From positions 1 through 32,397 of the forward strand of contig CAMWUB010000001.1 of NCBI GenBank assembly GCA_947177345.1: DNA of 32,397 nt, in the 5' to 3' direction. This document shows positions 1 to 9,287 of the stretch, piece after piece; the stretch's first letter is position 1, and each line of letters opens with the position of its first letter. This DNA comes from an uncultured Ruminococcus sp. (GTDB lineage Bacteria; Bacillota; Clostridia; Oscillospirales; Ruminococcaceae). Under the pieces are notes generated by a model. That model saw only the letters and a program-made list of their open reading frames with translations, made no database searches and was not told the DNA's origin. The position numbers were made by a program, and so were the translations under genes.

Positions 1-125
1 TCTATATTTCTCACTCTCATCTATTACTTAAACGTCTATGAGAACAAATTCTTAAAGTTATTCCGTTTCTTAGAAAAATTAAGAATAGGTTAAAAGAAAC
101 TGAGCCTGATTACAGGAATATTTCA

Positions 126-1139
126 ATGTATCTTGATGACTGCGAAAAAGCAAAGAATTACGACGGGAACATAGTTACATCGCATTCAAGGTTTCTATAC
201 ATGAGTCTTGAAAAGTATACTGATTATCATATAATAATTGATGAAGATATAATGCGTACTTTACTTGACATTGAGTCGGTTTCAATAAATAAATTGATTC
301 AGTTTAAGAAAACGTTGAATCTGCCTGCTTCTGTTGTTTCAAAGATAGATTTTCTCTGTGATTGCAGAACGTCAGGAGAAAAGAAGTATGTCTGTTGTAA
401 GCGTATAGGCAGTTTGGAGGGTATGTTTAGTGAGGTAACAGACTTAAATAAGGTCGATGTGAATCTGTATGGTTTGTTGCAGTCGGAATGTTTTGCAGTC
501 GATGATGAAAATGTATATTTTCTTGATGAGAAGTTTCTGCCCGAAGTGAAGATGATTATTATGTCGGCTACGGTTGATTCTACGTTGTATCAGATGTTGT
601 ATAGTCGCCGAAAAATTCACTTTTATGAGTGCCGGAAAGCTAAGTATATGGGTAAAGTCATTCAGTATACGGATTACTCATACAGCAGATTTTTCTTCAA
701 CGAAAATGAAAAAATAATAGACGAACTTAGGAAACGGACAGAAAATCAGGTGGTTATAACTCTTAGCTGCATAGAAGATAAGTTTAACACGAAGTATCAT
801 TTTGGCAACGTTGAAGGTCTGAATGACAACAGGGGAAAGGATATTGCGGTTATCGGACTTCCTAATCTGAACAACGTGGTCTATGGTCTGTACGCAATGA
901 GAATGGGTTATGTTGGCAATGTTCATATGTGCTGCCGAAGAATAAAATACAATAATTGCGACTTCCGGCTTAACACTTTTGAGGACAAGATTATCCATAG
1001 AATACAACTATGGTTACTGTCATCGCAATTGGAGCAGGCGGTCGGCAGAGCAAGATTATTAAGAGAAAATTGCGTGGTCACAGTATTTTCTGGATTTCCT
1101 GTTGAGCAGGCTGAATTTTATAATACATATGATGACTAA
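126..1139 (+). CDS. Helicase-like protein (SF2-type motifs), C-terminal part of a probable mobile-element replication protein; possibly a 5'-disrupted gene
   Basis: Motifs IIIDED (Walker B-like), IMSAT (motif III) and LEQAVGRAR (motif VI); no Walker A in the ORF. The frame is open from 42 with an in-frame TGA at 39-41, and there is no clear RBS before ATG 126. Confidence 0.6.
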   Translation: MYLDDCEKAKNYDGNIVTSHSRFLYMSLEKYTDYHIIIDEDIMRTLLDIESVSINKLIQFKKTLNLPASVVSKIDFLCDCRTSGEKKYVCCKRIGSLEGMFSEVTDLNKVDVNLYGLLQSECFAVDDENVYFLDEKFLPEVKMIIMSATVDSTLYQMLYSRRKIHFYECRKAKYMGKVIQYTDYSYSRFFFNENEKIIDELRKRTENQVVITLSCIEDKFNTKYHFGNVEGLNDNRGKDIAVIGLPNLNNVVYGLYAMRMGYVGNVHMCCRRIKYNNCDFRLNTFEDKIIHRIQLWLLSSQLEQAVGRARLLRENCVVTVFSGFPVEQAEFYNTYDD

Positions 1140-1296
1140 GTTTCAGCTTTGTAAAAATAGCCAGATAATTTAGTTAAATATATAGCAGGCATTAATGAGC
1201 AGACAAAACAATTAATTTATAATGATTATTTTAAAAGCGTTGCAACATATCAATAAAAAATAATTGAAAATAAACAAAAATCCAGGAGGGGATATT

Positions 1297-1473
1297 ATGG
1301 CAGAAAACAATGAGATTATGAAGTTTGAAGAGGTTATGGAGTATCTGAACATCGGTAAAAGTACACTTTATAACCTGCTCCGAAGTGGTAAGATTAAGTC
1401 TTTCAAGATAGGCAAGGTATGGAAAATTCCGAGAAGTGCTGTTGAGGAATATGTTAGAAAGTCTATGAACTAA
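1297..1473 (+). CDS. Excisionase-family helix-turn-helix DNA-binding protein (HTH_17-like), 58 aa
   Basis: RBS AGGAGG (1284-1289) before ATG 1297; EEVMEYLNIGKSTLYNLLRSGKIKSFKIGKVWKIP is a typical xis-like winged HTH. Confidence 0.85.
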   Translation: MAENNEIMKFEEVMEYLNIGKSTLYNLLRSGKIKSFKIGKVWKIPRSAVEEYVRKSMN

Positions 1474-1512
1474 AAAAAGTCCCGGTCGGAATTCCGACCG
1501 GGATTATTCTTT
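1472..1512. terminator. Intrinsic (possibly bidirectional) terminator after the HTH gene
   Basis: Perfect 24-bp palindrome TCCCGGTCGGAATTCCGACCGGGA (1480-1503), preceded by an A7 run and followed by a T-rich tail. Confidence 0.75.
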
Positions 1513-1770
1513 GATAATTAGTTTGCATTAAATTTATTTTATAGCTATTCTAATAAGAGCTATAGGAACATAAAACAGCATACCGAATTTATACTATGCT
1601 TGAACTGAGATGTCGAAGCTGATATTTTAAGTCTTAAAAATATCAGAAAAAAAGAGAGACTTACTGCTATACTTGGTGGCAGAGACTATCAGAAGTACGA
1701 TTCCAGGGCTGGAATTAATATAGAAGAAATTCCATATCAGTTAAATGATATAAACAGTAATGTTCTGGAA

Positions 1771-2034
1771 TTGATTAATGCAAAGGTACTTATAAACGAC
1801 GGAATGAACACTTTGTATATAAAGGCGAAAAATTTTCCGTGCAAGAATGCTGTTATAATGTCGGCTGCTGCGAATTTTGATATTTATAAGTGGTTATTTT
1901 ATATGCAGATAACAGAATATCGATGTAAAGAAGCTGAATATATGGAAACAGTCAACTTATACACCGACAGTACGTATAGCCGTGATTCTCTTATTAATAG
2001 TGATAATCACATTGGCGAATCTATATTTAGCTGA
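1771..2034 (+). pseudogene. Degenerate fragment paralogous to the 126-1139 helicase-like protein
   Basis: VIMSAAANFDIYKWLF..ITEYRCKEAEYMETVNLYTDSTYSR aligns with IIMSATVDSTLYQMLY..IHFYECRKAKYMGKVIQYTDYSYSR of ORF 126-1139; truncated at both ends. Confidence 0.7.
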
Positions 2035-2097
2035 CAGATTTTCTCTGTCGGTCTGATTCTGTATGCCTTTGCGTAAAAAAATGAATATTTATTTGCT

Positions 2098-2127
2098 CAC
2101 TCGACATTTCTGCTGAGTGTTTTTTTT
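2098..2127 (+). terminator. Possible intrinsic terminator upstream of the cluster
   Basis: CACTCG-loop-TGAGTG stem followed by a T8 run. Confidence 0.45.
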
Positions 2128-2509
2128 GCGCTTTGTACTGATTGTTCATTATGCGGTGTTGACAATATCAAAAATACCCTGATATCCTTTGTTAGCAATT
2201 ATTAAAATATACTCTCTTATTCTTGTCAGGGAGTTCCTGAACAGTCTGAAATCATGAGTTTTTCCCTTGGAAAATTCAATACGGAGAATATATTTTGTTT
2301 TTCGAGGGCGTTAAATCTCAGTTGTGTCAACTATTATCAATTTTATGTCTTTTTTTATATTCGGCATTCAGAACTTTCAGCATTTAATCAAAGATATTTC
2401 TTTTTCTTTAATTTTTTGATTCTTTTTACTGCTAAAAACGATTTATTGAAGTATAAAGGGGAATATTTTTCACTCTTGACATATTTTTCTGATTTATTTT
2501 AAAAAAGAC

Positions 2510-2538
2510 TTGACAAATGCAGAAGTTTGTGCTATAAT
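2510..2538 (+). promoter_or_regulatory. Sigma-A promoter of the biosynthetic operon (perfect consensus, extended -10)
   Basis: TTGACA (2510-2515), 17-bp spacer, TATAAT (2533-2538), with TGTG immediately upstream of the -10 and an A/T-rich UP region. Confidence 0.9.
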
Positions 2539-2560
2539 ATAAAACTATGATATGTTGTAG

Positions 2561-2807
2561 GCATTATTTTTTTAACTCACTGTTATTCTGTGCTAACTTT
2601 TTAGCTTGAAATGCGGTGCAGAATGGTGATGCAAAGCATTATTTTTTATGATAATCAGTTATCATAAACTAACTAATTTTAATGTGCAGATGTGTCTTTT
2701 TGGGGAGTATCATGCATTTTTTATTTCTTTCATAGTTATCTGATGATAACTATATAAACAATACTTTAAGTATTATTTTTTTGATAAATCGTTATCTTAA
2801 GCTAACT
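2561..2807. repeat. Four degenerate ~38-bp direct repeats, each ending in the dyad GTTA-N8-TAAC(T); putative operator array in the 5' leader
   Basis: 2561-2598 gcattatttttttaactcactGTTAttctgtgcTAACt; 2636-2674 gcattattttttatgataatcaGTTAtcataaacTAACt; 2714-2751 gcattttttatttctttcataGTTAtctgatgaTAACt; 2770-2807 gtattatttttttgataaatcGTTAtcttaagcTAACt. Confidence 0.75.
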
Positions 2808-2847
2808 GTTATGAATTAATATCATGTGCTACAAAGGAGGAAATTAA

Positions 2848-3921
2848 ATGGCTGATGCTTGGGTATTTTATGACAATGGCAGTGACGTAAGTATGATAAG
2901 AAAAGATTATGAAATCTCTTCACTTGGCGATGATGAATTACTGCTAAAACCGATTTATGGAAGTATGGAGGGGAATATTGTTCACGCTTTTAATAAATTT
3001 CCCGAAGATGTTTTTTCTTTGCGTGGCGAAAAGGAAATTGTTATGGGAAATGCTGGTGTCATGCTTGTTTCGGAAACAGGAAGAAATATATCAGATTTGC
3101 AGAAAGGCGATTTATGCATATATTTCTGCAACGGTGAGCCGGACAGATACGGCTATCCGAAAAAAATAACAGGCTATGACAAAAAAAGTTCTATGGGAGT
3201 AATGGCGAAAACTATCAGGCTGAACCGGAACGAAGTTATAAAAATACCGAAAAACAGCAGTATTTCATTGCCTCAATGGGCGATTTTCTCTTTGAAATTC
3301 ATAACTGCATGGTCAAACTGGAAATTGGCTTATAATGCATATCACATACAGCTTCCGGAGGTTTCAGACGAAGAAATATCCGTATGGGGCTGGGGAGGAG
3401 GTGTTTCTTATGCTGAAATAAGACTTGCTCAGCTTATGGGATGCAGAGCCGGTCTTATAACTTCAAAGCAAAGTATTACTGAACTTTGTACTAAACATGG
3501 CATTGACGTTCTTGACAGGAAAATTCGGAATAATTCACTTAAAAAATTCCGTAAGGCATTCTTTGATAAAGCCGGCAGTGAGGGGGCATCAATATTTGTT
3601 GACAATATCGGTGCGGAAACGTATCAGGACACTATAAGGTTTCTTTCACGTGAGGGAGTAATTGCTACAAACGGCTGGAAAGATGGTGCGGTTTATCCGG
3701 TTATAAGGTCATCTGAATGCATTAACAGGCATATTCATGTGCATACCCATTATGCAAGTATGCCAGAGGGGATTGAGGCGGTTGAATTTGCACTGAATCA
3801 TGACTGGATACCGCAGTATACCGGAAGAATATATGATTTTGACAGTCTGCCGGAACTGATGGAGGATTACCGATGCGGCAGGCTGGAAAATTATTTTACT
3901 GTATTCCAAATAAATAATTAA
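2848..3921 (+). CDS. MDR (zinc-binding-dehydrogenase superfamily) NAD(P)H oxidoreductase; candidate trans-acting enoyl reductase or reductase/carboxylase
   Basis: RBS AAAGGAGG; 357 aa; GroES-like N-domain (VMGNAGV..ETGRNISDLQKGD), Rossmann VWGWGGGVS and IFVDNIG; no structural-Zn Cys cluster. Confidence 0.7.
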   Translation: MADAWVFYDNGSDVSMIRKDYEISSLGDDELLLKPIYGSMEGNIVHAFNKFPEDVFSLRGEKEIVMGNAGVMLVSETGRNISDLQKGDLCIYFCNGEPDRYGYPKKITGYDKKSSMGVMAKTIRLNRNEVIKIPKNSSISLPQWAIFSLKFITAWSNWKLAYNAYHIQLPEVSDEEISVWGWGGGVSYAEIRLAQLMGCRAGLITSKQSITELCTKHGIDVLDRKIRNNSLKKFRKAFFDKAGSEGASIFVDNIGAETYQDTIRFLSREGVIATNGWKDGAVYPVIRSSECINRHIHVHTHYASMPEGIEAVEFALNHDWIPQYTGRIYDFDSLPELMEDYRCGRLENYFTVFQINN

Positions 3922-3930
3922 GGTGATGAA

Positions 3931-4845
3931 ATGAAAATTATAGCTGTAGGAAAATACATACCTGAAAATCTGATATCAAATTACGAAAGAGCCGAAAATT
4001 TCGGAAGGAAAAAAAGCTTTATTGATAAAAAAATAGGCTTCCGTTCACTTTCTGTTGCGGATAAAAATGAAAGTATCAGGGATATGTGCATGAAAGCATA
4101 TTCTGATTTGATTTCAAAGGTTGATATAGACGTAAGCGGACTGGAGATTATAACAACAGTTGTTCAGCGTCCTGACCAGTTTATGCCGAATATGTCGGCA
4201 ATTATTCATAATTGCATAGGTGCGGAAAAAAACTGCATGGCTTTTGACATCGTTCACGCCTGTTCCGGCTATGCTTATGCACTGAATATAGTAAATTCCA
4301 TGAATGTTAAATATGCTCTGATTTTCACGGCTGATAAGTACAGCGAAGTTGTATCTGAAAATGACGAAAATGTTGCAATGATTTTTGCTGACGGTGCAAC
4401 AGCAACGCTCCTTTCCACAGAGGGAAACGGCTATGAAATATGCGACGGTGATATGGGAAATCTTCCGGCAAGCTGGCAGTGTATAACAGGAAAAGACTTT
4501 ATAAATATGAATGGAGCAGAAATTTTCAGAAATGCTTCGTTTGAAGTTCCGGAAAGTATTAATAAAATTCTGAAAAGAAACAATCTCGCTAAAGATGATA
4601 TTGACAGGATATTTCTTCATCAGGCAACGAAAAAAATTGTTGATTTCCTTTCTTTTCAGCTTGAATGTCCGGAAAAAGTGAGTTTCTGTGCGGAAGATTA
4701 TGGAAATACTGGTCAGTCTTCATTGCCGGTTATACTTAGCGATATAGAGGATTTCTCTATATATAGCCATGTTATTTTATGTGGTTTCGGAGCAGGCTTC
4801 AGTTGGGGAACGGTGCTTTTGAAGTATGTATCAGAAAATTATTGA
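3931..4845 (+). CDS. fabH: 3-oxoacyl-ACP synthase III (FabH-like KSIII), cluster-specific homolog
   Basis: Cys-His-Asn triad: HACSGY, FLHQA, YGNTGQSS; C-terminal GFGAGFSWG. Confidence 0.9.
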   Translation: MKIIAVGKYIPENLISNYERAENFGRKKSFIDKKIGFRSLSVADKNESIRDMCMKAYSDLISKVDIDVSGLEIITTVVQRPDQFMPNMSAIIHNCIGAEKNCMAFDIVHACSGYAYALNIVNSMNVKYALIFTADKYSEVVSENDENVAMIFADGATATLLSTEGNGYEICDGDMGNLPASWQCITGKDFINMNGAEIFRNASFEVPESINKILKRNNLAKDDIDRIFLHQATKKIVDFLSFQLECPEKVSFCAEDYGNTGQSSLPVILSDIEDFSIYSHVILCGFGAGFSWGTVLLKYVSENY

Positions 4846-4859
4846 AAGAAGGTGTATTT

Positions 4860-5069
4860 ATGAATATCAAAGATTTAACAGAATTAATGAAATCTGCGAA
4901 TGTGGAATTTGAGGGCGAAGTTTCTGAAAATGTTACTTTCAGTGACCTTGAAATCGACTCTCTTGATATTATGATGCTTGCATTTGAAATAGAAAAGAAA
5001 ACAGGCAGAAAACTTACATTCGCAAAAGATGAAACAATGAAAGAAGTGATGGAAAAAATAAATGGCTAA
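4860..5069 (+). CDS. Acyl carrier protein (69 aa)
   Basis: RBS GAAGGTG before ATG 4860; acidic, with LEIDSLDIMML phosphopantetheine motif. Confidence 0.9.
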   Translation: MNIKDLTELMKSANVEFEGEVSENVTFSDLEIDSLDIMMLAFEIEKKTGRKLTFAKDETMKEVMEKING

Positions 5070-6243
5070 AGATATTTTTCTTATTGTTGCAGATGGAAGT
5101 ACGAAAGAGGAATCTGTAGAAAATCTGAAGAAAAAAGCACAGAAGATTTCTGAAAAGAATATAAGCATGAAACTTTGCAGTCTGTTGAATGAAGAAGTTT
5201 CAGGAGAAAAATTCCGTTCATGCATTGTCTTTTCAGATGCTGAAAATCTCAGGAGACAGCTTGCAGACGAAAACAGTATCTCAACGTGCGAACACAAAGA
5301 GAGTGGAAAACGGGTGTTTTTATTTCCCGGAAATGGCATATACCAGAAAGATATGCTCAGAATATTGAAAAATTCTCATTCTTATCTGAAACACATCATT
5401 GAAGAATGCGAAAACAGCGACAAAACCCATGTACTTGAAAATGATGATTATCTTTCAAGGCAATTGCAGATATGCATAAGTGAAATTGCAGTTATGAAAT
5501 TTTGGATATACTGTGGTGTTGTCCCTGATTTCATTATTGGTCACAGTCTCGGCGAATATGCTGTGGCAACGGCGACAGGAGTTATGAGTATTGAAAACTG
5601 TATCAGAATGCTGAACGCAAGAGGAAAGATACTCAATGAAAAAATGAATGATTTTATCATGCTTGCCGTATATGCATCTTATGAAAAAGTCAGCGAGGTT
5701 CTTGGTGGAAATGTTGATGTTTCTGCTTATAACTGCCCCGAACTTATAACCATAACTATTGAGTCGGGTGCACTTGAAAGAATCGGCAGTATATTTAAGG
5801 AATGCGGAATAAAATATAACCGTCTTCCGCTTTCCGGCGGAGGTCACAGCAGAAAGCTTAAATCAGCGGAAAAGGAATTTAAAGAAGCGATAAGTGATAT
5901 TCAGCTGAACACTGCGGAAATTGAAATTATACCTACCGCTGTTGTCGGTGCGGACAAAACGGCATTATATGATATTGATTACTGGACAGGGCATCTTGTT
6001 AATCCCGTCTGCTTTATGCAGTCATTTGAAAGGCTGTGCGGAGAGGATATCCGTTCAATGATAGATGTCGGCGTGTCTCCGGTACTGCTTAATATGGCAA
6101 TGATGAATTTCAGAGATTTAAGTGTAAGGTGGATACCAAGTATAAAAAGTGGAAGAAATTACAGAACACAGCTTATAAAATCAGCATCTCAGCTTTATCT
6201 GAGTGGTGAAAATATTATATGGAAAAATTTATTTGAAGGATAG
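5062..6243 (+). CDS. Free-standing PKS-type acyltransferase with flanking KS-AT and post-AT linker segments
   Basis: VFLFPGNG, GHSLGE (catalytic Ser), conserved Arg (NARG), SAYNCP, GGGHS, YWTGHLVNPVCF; C-terminal SQLYLSGENIIW. Confidence 0.9.
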   Translation: MAKDIFLIVADGSTKEESVENLKKKAQKISEKNISMKLCSLLNEEVSGEKFRSCIVFSDAENLRRQLADENSISTCEHKESGKRVFLFPGNGIYQKDMLRILKNSHSYLKHIIEECENSDKTHVLENDDYLSRQLQICISEIAVMKFWIYCGVVPDFIIGHSLGEYAVATATGVMSIENCIRMLNARGKILNEKMNDFIMLAVYASYEKVSEVLGGNVDVSAYNCPELITITIESGALERIGSIFKECGIKYNRLPLSGGGHSRKLKSAEKEFKEAISDIQLNTAEIEIIPTAVVGADKTALYDIDYWTGHLVNPVCFMQSFERLCGEDIRSMIDVGVSPVLLNMAMMNFRDLSVRWIPSIKSGRNYRTQLIKSASQLYLSGENIIWKNLFEG

Positions 6244-6254
6244 GAAGTGCAGAA

Positions 6255-6959
6255 ATGCAGGAGTTTGTGAAAACTATTGTTGAACTGAAAAATGTTTCCA
6301 AAGAGTTCGGGTCAAACGGCAATATTCAAAAAGCAGTTGATAATGTAAGCTTTACTGTCAATAAGGGCGAGTTTGTCGTTCTGCTTGGGCAGTCGGGTGC
6401 TGGAAAATCCACTGTGCTGAATATGATTGGCGGGCTTGATTTTGCGACAAGCGGAAACATTATAGTAGACGGAACTGATATTTCAAAAATGTCTGAAAAA
6501 GATATTACTCTTTATCGTGCTGATAAGGTTGGATTTATTTTTCAGTTTTATAATCTTATTCCCAGTCTTACAGCTCTTGAAAACGTATCACTCATAAAAA
6601 GTATAGTCAAAGATTGTGACAATCCGAGTAAAATGCTTGAACTTGTAGGACTGGGCAAACATGAAAAGAAATTTCCGTCACAGCTTTCAGGTGGTGAACA
6701 ACAGCGTGTATCTATTGCAAGGGCATTATGCAAAAAGCCTGATATTATTCTCGGCGACGAACCCACTGGTGCATTGGATTCAGAAACCGGAATGGCTGTT
6801 ATCGCCCTTTTGCAGAAACTTTGCAGAGAAGAGAAAAAAACAGTCATAATTGTAACTCATAATGTTGATTACTCTGCATATGCTGACAAGATTATCAAAA
6901 TGTGCGACGGAAAAATTGTTGAATGCATCGAAAATAATAACGTAAAAAATATTGATTAA
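6255..6959 (+). CDS. ABC transporter ATP-binding protein (LolD/MacB family)
   Basis: Walker [18 protein letters not shown], signature LSGGEQQR, Walker [13 protein letters not shown]-loop IVTH. Confidence 0.95.
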   Translation: MQEFVKTIVELKNVSKEFGSNGNIQKAVDNVSFTVNKGEFVVLLGQSGAGKSTVLNMIGGLDFATSGNIIVDGTDISKMSEKDITLYRADKVGFIFQFYNLIPSLTALENVSLIKSIVKDCDNPSKMLELVGLGKHEKKFPSQLSGGEQQRVSIARALCKKPDIILGDEPTGALDSETGMAVIALLQKLCREEKKTVIIVTHNVDYSAYADKIIKMCDGKIVECIENNNVKNID

Positions 6960-6973
6960 AAGAAGGTGGAAAA

Positions 6974-9274
6974 ATGCTGCTTAAAAAAATGTTCCGTGAA
7001 TTTTTGAAAAGCAAAGGGCAGTTTATTTCAATAATTTTACTGGCGTTTCTCGGTGTATTTGTGTATTCCGGTTTGAGTGCTATGGGCTATGGTTTAAAGG
7101 CCTGTTATACTGATTATTATGAAGAAACAAATTTCTCTGATTACTGGATATACGGAAAAGGGTTCAGTGAAGAAGATGTAGGAAACGTAAAGTCAATAAG
7201 CGGTGTTTCAGATGTTCAGCGGAGTATCACTCTTGATACTGCTGTTTCCGGCGAAGAATCTAAAACTGTCACATTGAATATTCTTGAACAGAATACCATA
7301 AATGCCCCGAAAGTCATGGAGGGCGAACCCGTTGACCTTGCAATTGCCGATGCAATATGGATAAATCAGAATTATGCAGAAAAGAACAATATTAGCACAG
7401 GTGACAGCATTAAGCTTGAATACGGTAGTATTTCACTTGAATTTACTGTCAAAGGCATTGTTCTTGCTCCAGAGTATATTTATTATGTTGCAAGCGATGC
7501 TATTTATCCCGATTTTGAAAATCTGGGCTATGCTTTCTGCTCTGCTGAAAGACTTAAAGAAGAGGGTTTGTCAAATTTCGTAAAATATAATAAACTTACT
7601 GTTGTTTCAGATATTGAAGATAAAGACAAATTCGAGGAGCAGGTTTCTGAAAAGCTTGACGGCGGATATGCTGTTATTATCAACCGTGATGATTTTGCAA
7701 GCCATAATATGATAGCCGGAGAATTTGATGAGGCTCACTCAATGAGTGTTATTTTCCCTGTTATATTTGCACTTATTGCACTGCTTACAATTATTATTAC
7801 AATGAGAAGACTTATCAAAACGCAAAGAACACAGATAGGTACTTTAAAAGCATTAGGTTTCAGCAATAAGAAAATAATTCTGCATTATATTTCCTATGGA
7901 TTTTTCACATCTGTCATAGGTGCGGTGCTTGGTCTTGTAACAGGACCGGCGGCTCTGCCTGCGATGTTCTGGCCGTCATACAAGACAGCTTATGCTATGC
8001 CGGAATGGAAAGGCGAGTTTCAGCTTTCTTCTTTCGCAATTGCTGTTGCATTTATTATATTCTGTACTGCTTCAGTATATTTTGCGTGCCGTAAAATACT
8101 TGCAGAAAATGCGTCTGAGGAACTCCGACCGGAAGTTCCTCCGGTTGCAAAACATCATGGTTTTGTAAATTCAAAATGGTGGGCAAAACGCAGTTTCTAT
8201 ACGCAGTGGAATTTAAGAAATTTAATGAATTCCAAATTAAAGCTTGTAATAGGAATACTTGGTACTATGAGCAGTATGGGAATTCTTGTAAGTGCATTTT
8301 TGACAAATGACTCTTTTGCATTCATGAAAAAATGGACGTATGAAGATATAAGCAAATATAAATATCAGGTTTTCTTTTCCGAAGACGCTTCTGCTGAACA
8401 GAAAGAAACTGTTATTGAAGAAATCAACGGCGAAAGCATGATGACCGGAAGTATCGTTATTCAGAAAGACAAGGACTCTGAAAAAAAGACTTCCAATATA
8501 ACAGTTGTTGAAAACGGCAACAGTGACCTTTACTGTCTTGTTGACCATAACCTGAACAAGATGTCAATAAGCGATGATGACTTTGTGATTTCTGAACAGC
8601 TTGCAGATGTTATGGGAATTGAAAACGGCGATACAGTCCGCTGGCATCTCTATTCTGGTGAAGAATGGATTGAGTCTAAGGTGACAGCAGTAAACCGTGT
8701 TCCTATGGGGCAGGGAATATGGCTGACAAAAAATGCCCTTGAAAAAACATATGTTGAATATAACGGAAATATTGCTGTGACAAATGATGACCTTGATGGT
8801 TATGAAAGTGACTATGTATCAAAGATTTATAATCAGGACGATATCCATGAGGCATGGGACAAAGGCATGATGGCTCTTAATCTCATGATATATATGCTTA
8901 TATTGGCGGCTCTGCTTTTGGCAATAGTTGTTCTTTACAATATCGGGGCATTTTCATTCATGGAAAGTTCCAAAGAATTTGCACAGTTAAGAGTTCTTGG
9001 TTTCAGAAACAAGGATATAAGAAAGATACTCGTTGTACAGAATATATGGCTTTCAGCCGTCGGAATTATTCTCGGCATTCCATTAGGTTATGCTATTCTT
9101 CGTGCTGTTACCGGAAGTGCCGGAGAAGATTACGACTTTGTACTTAATCTTTCGCCTGCCGCATTGGTGGTTTCTGCGATTATAACCTTACTGGTAGGAC
9201 TTGCAGTAACGTTTATGTTTTCAAAGAAAATAAAGCGTATGAACCTTGTCAAAGAATGCAAGGGCAATGAATAA
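6974..9274 (+). CDS. ABC transporter permease with two FtsX-like domains
   Basis: 766 aa; two repeats of TM + large extracellular domain + 3 TM; QIGTLKALGF and EFAQLRVLGF motifs. Confidence 0.93.
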   Translation: MLLKKMFREFLKSKGQFISIILLAFLGVFVYSGLSAMGYGLKACYTDYYEETNFSDYWIYGKGFSEEDVGNVKSISGVSDVQRSITLDTAVSGEESKTVTLNILEQNTINAPKVMEGEPVDLAIADAIWINQNYAEKNNISTGDSIKLEYGSISLEFTVKGIVLAPEYIYYVASDAIYPDFENLGYAFCSAERLKEEGLSNFVKYNKLTVVSDIEDKDKFEEQVSEKLDGGYAVIINRDDFASHNMIAGEFDEAHSMSVIFPVIFALIALLTIIITMRRLIKTQRTQIGTLKALGFSNKKIILHYISYGFFTSVIGAVLGLVTGPAALPAMFWPSYKTAYAMPEWKGEFQLSSFAIAVAFIIFCTASVYFACRKILAENASEELRPEVPPVAKHHGFVNSKWWAKRSFYTQWNLRNLMNSKLKLVIGILGTMSSMGILVSAFLTNDSFAFMKKWTYEDISKYKYQVFFSEDASAEQKETVIEEINGESMMTGSIVIQKDKDSEKKTSNITVVENGNSDLYCLVDHNLNKMSISDDDFVISEQLADVMGIENGDTVRWHLYSGEEWIESKVTAVNRVPMGQGIWLTKNALEKTYVEYNGNIAVTNDDLDGYESDYVSKIYNQDDIHEAWDKGMMALNLMIYMLILAALLLAIVVLYNIGAFSFMESSKEFAQLRVLGFRNKDIRKILVVQNIWLSAVGIILGIPLGYAILRAVTGSAGEDYDFVLNLSPAALVVSAIITLLVGLAVTFMFSKKIKRMNLVKECKGNE

Positions 9275-9287
9275 AATCGGAGGAAAA

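Noticed and set aside
2254-2502. 82-aa Phe-rich ORF upstream of the promoter
   Set aside because: It reflects T-rich promoter-upstream DNA, has no convincing RBS spacing and no motifs.
2476-2504. Additional TTGACA hexamers at 2476 and 2159
   Set aside because: No good -10 element at 16-18 bp spacing.
2649-2664. Canonical Fur box TGATAATCAGTTATCA
   Set aside because: It is one base longer than the 7-1-7 Fur consensus; kept only as part of the repeat finding.
2561-2807. Leader repeats as a CRISPR array
   Set aside because: Units are too degenerate, spacers are uneven (about 37, 39 and 18 bp), and there are no cas genes.
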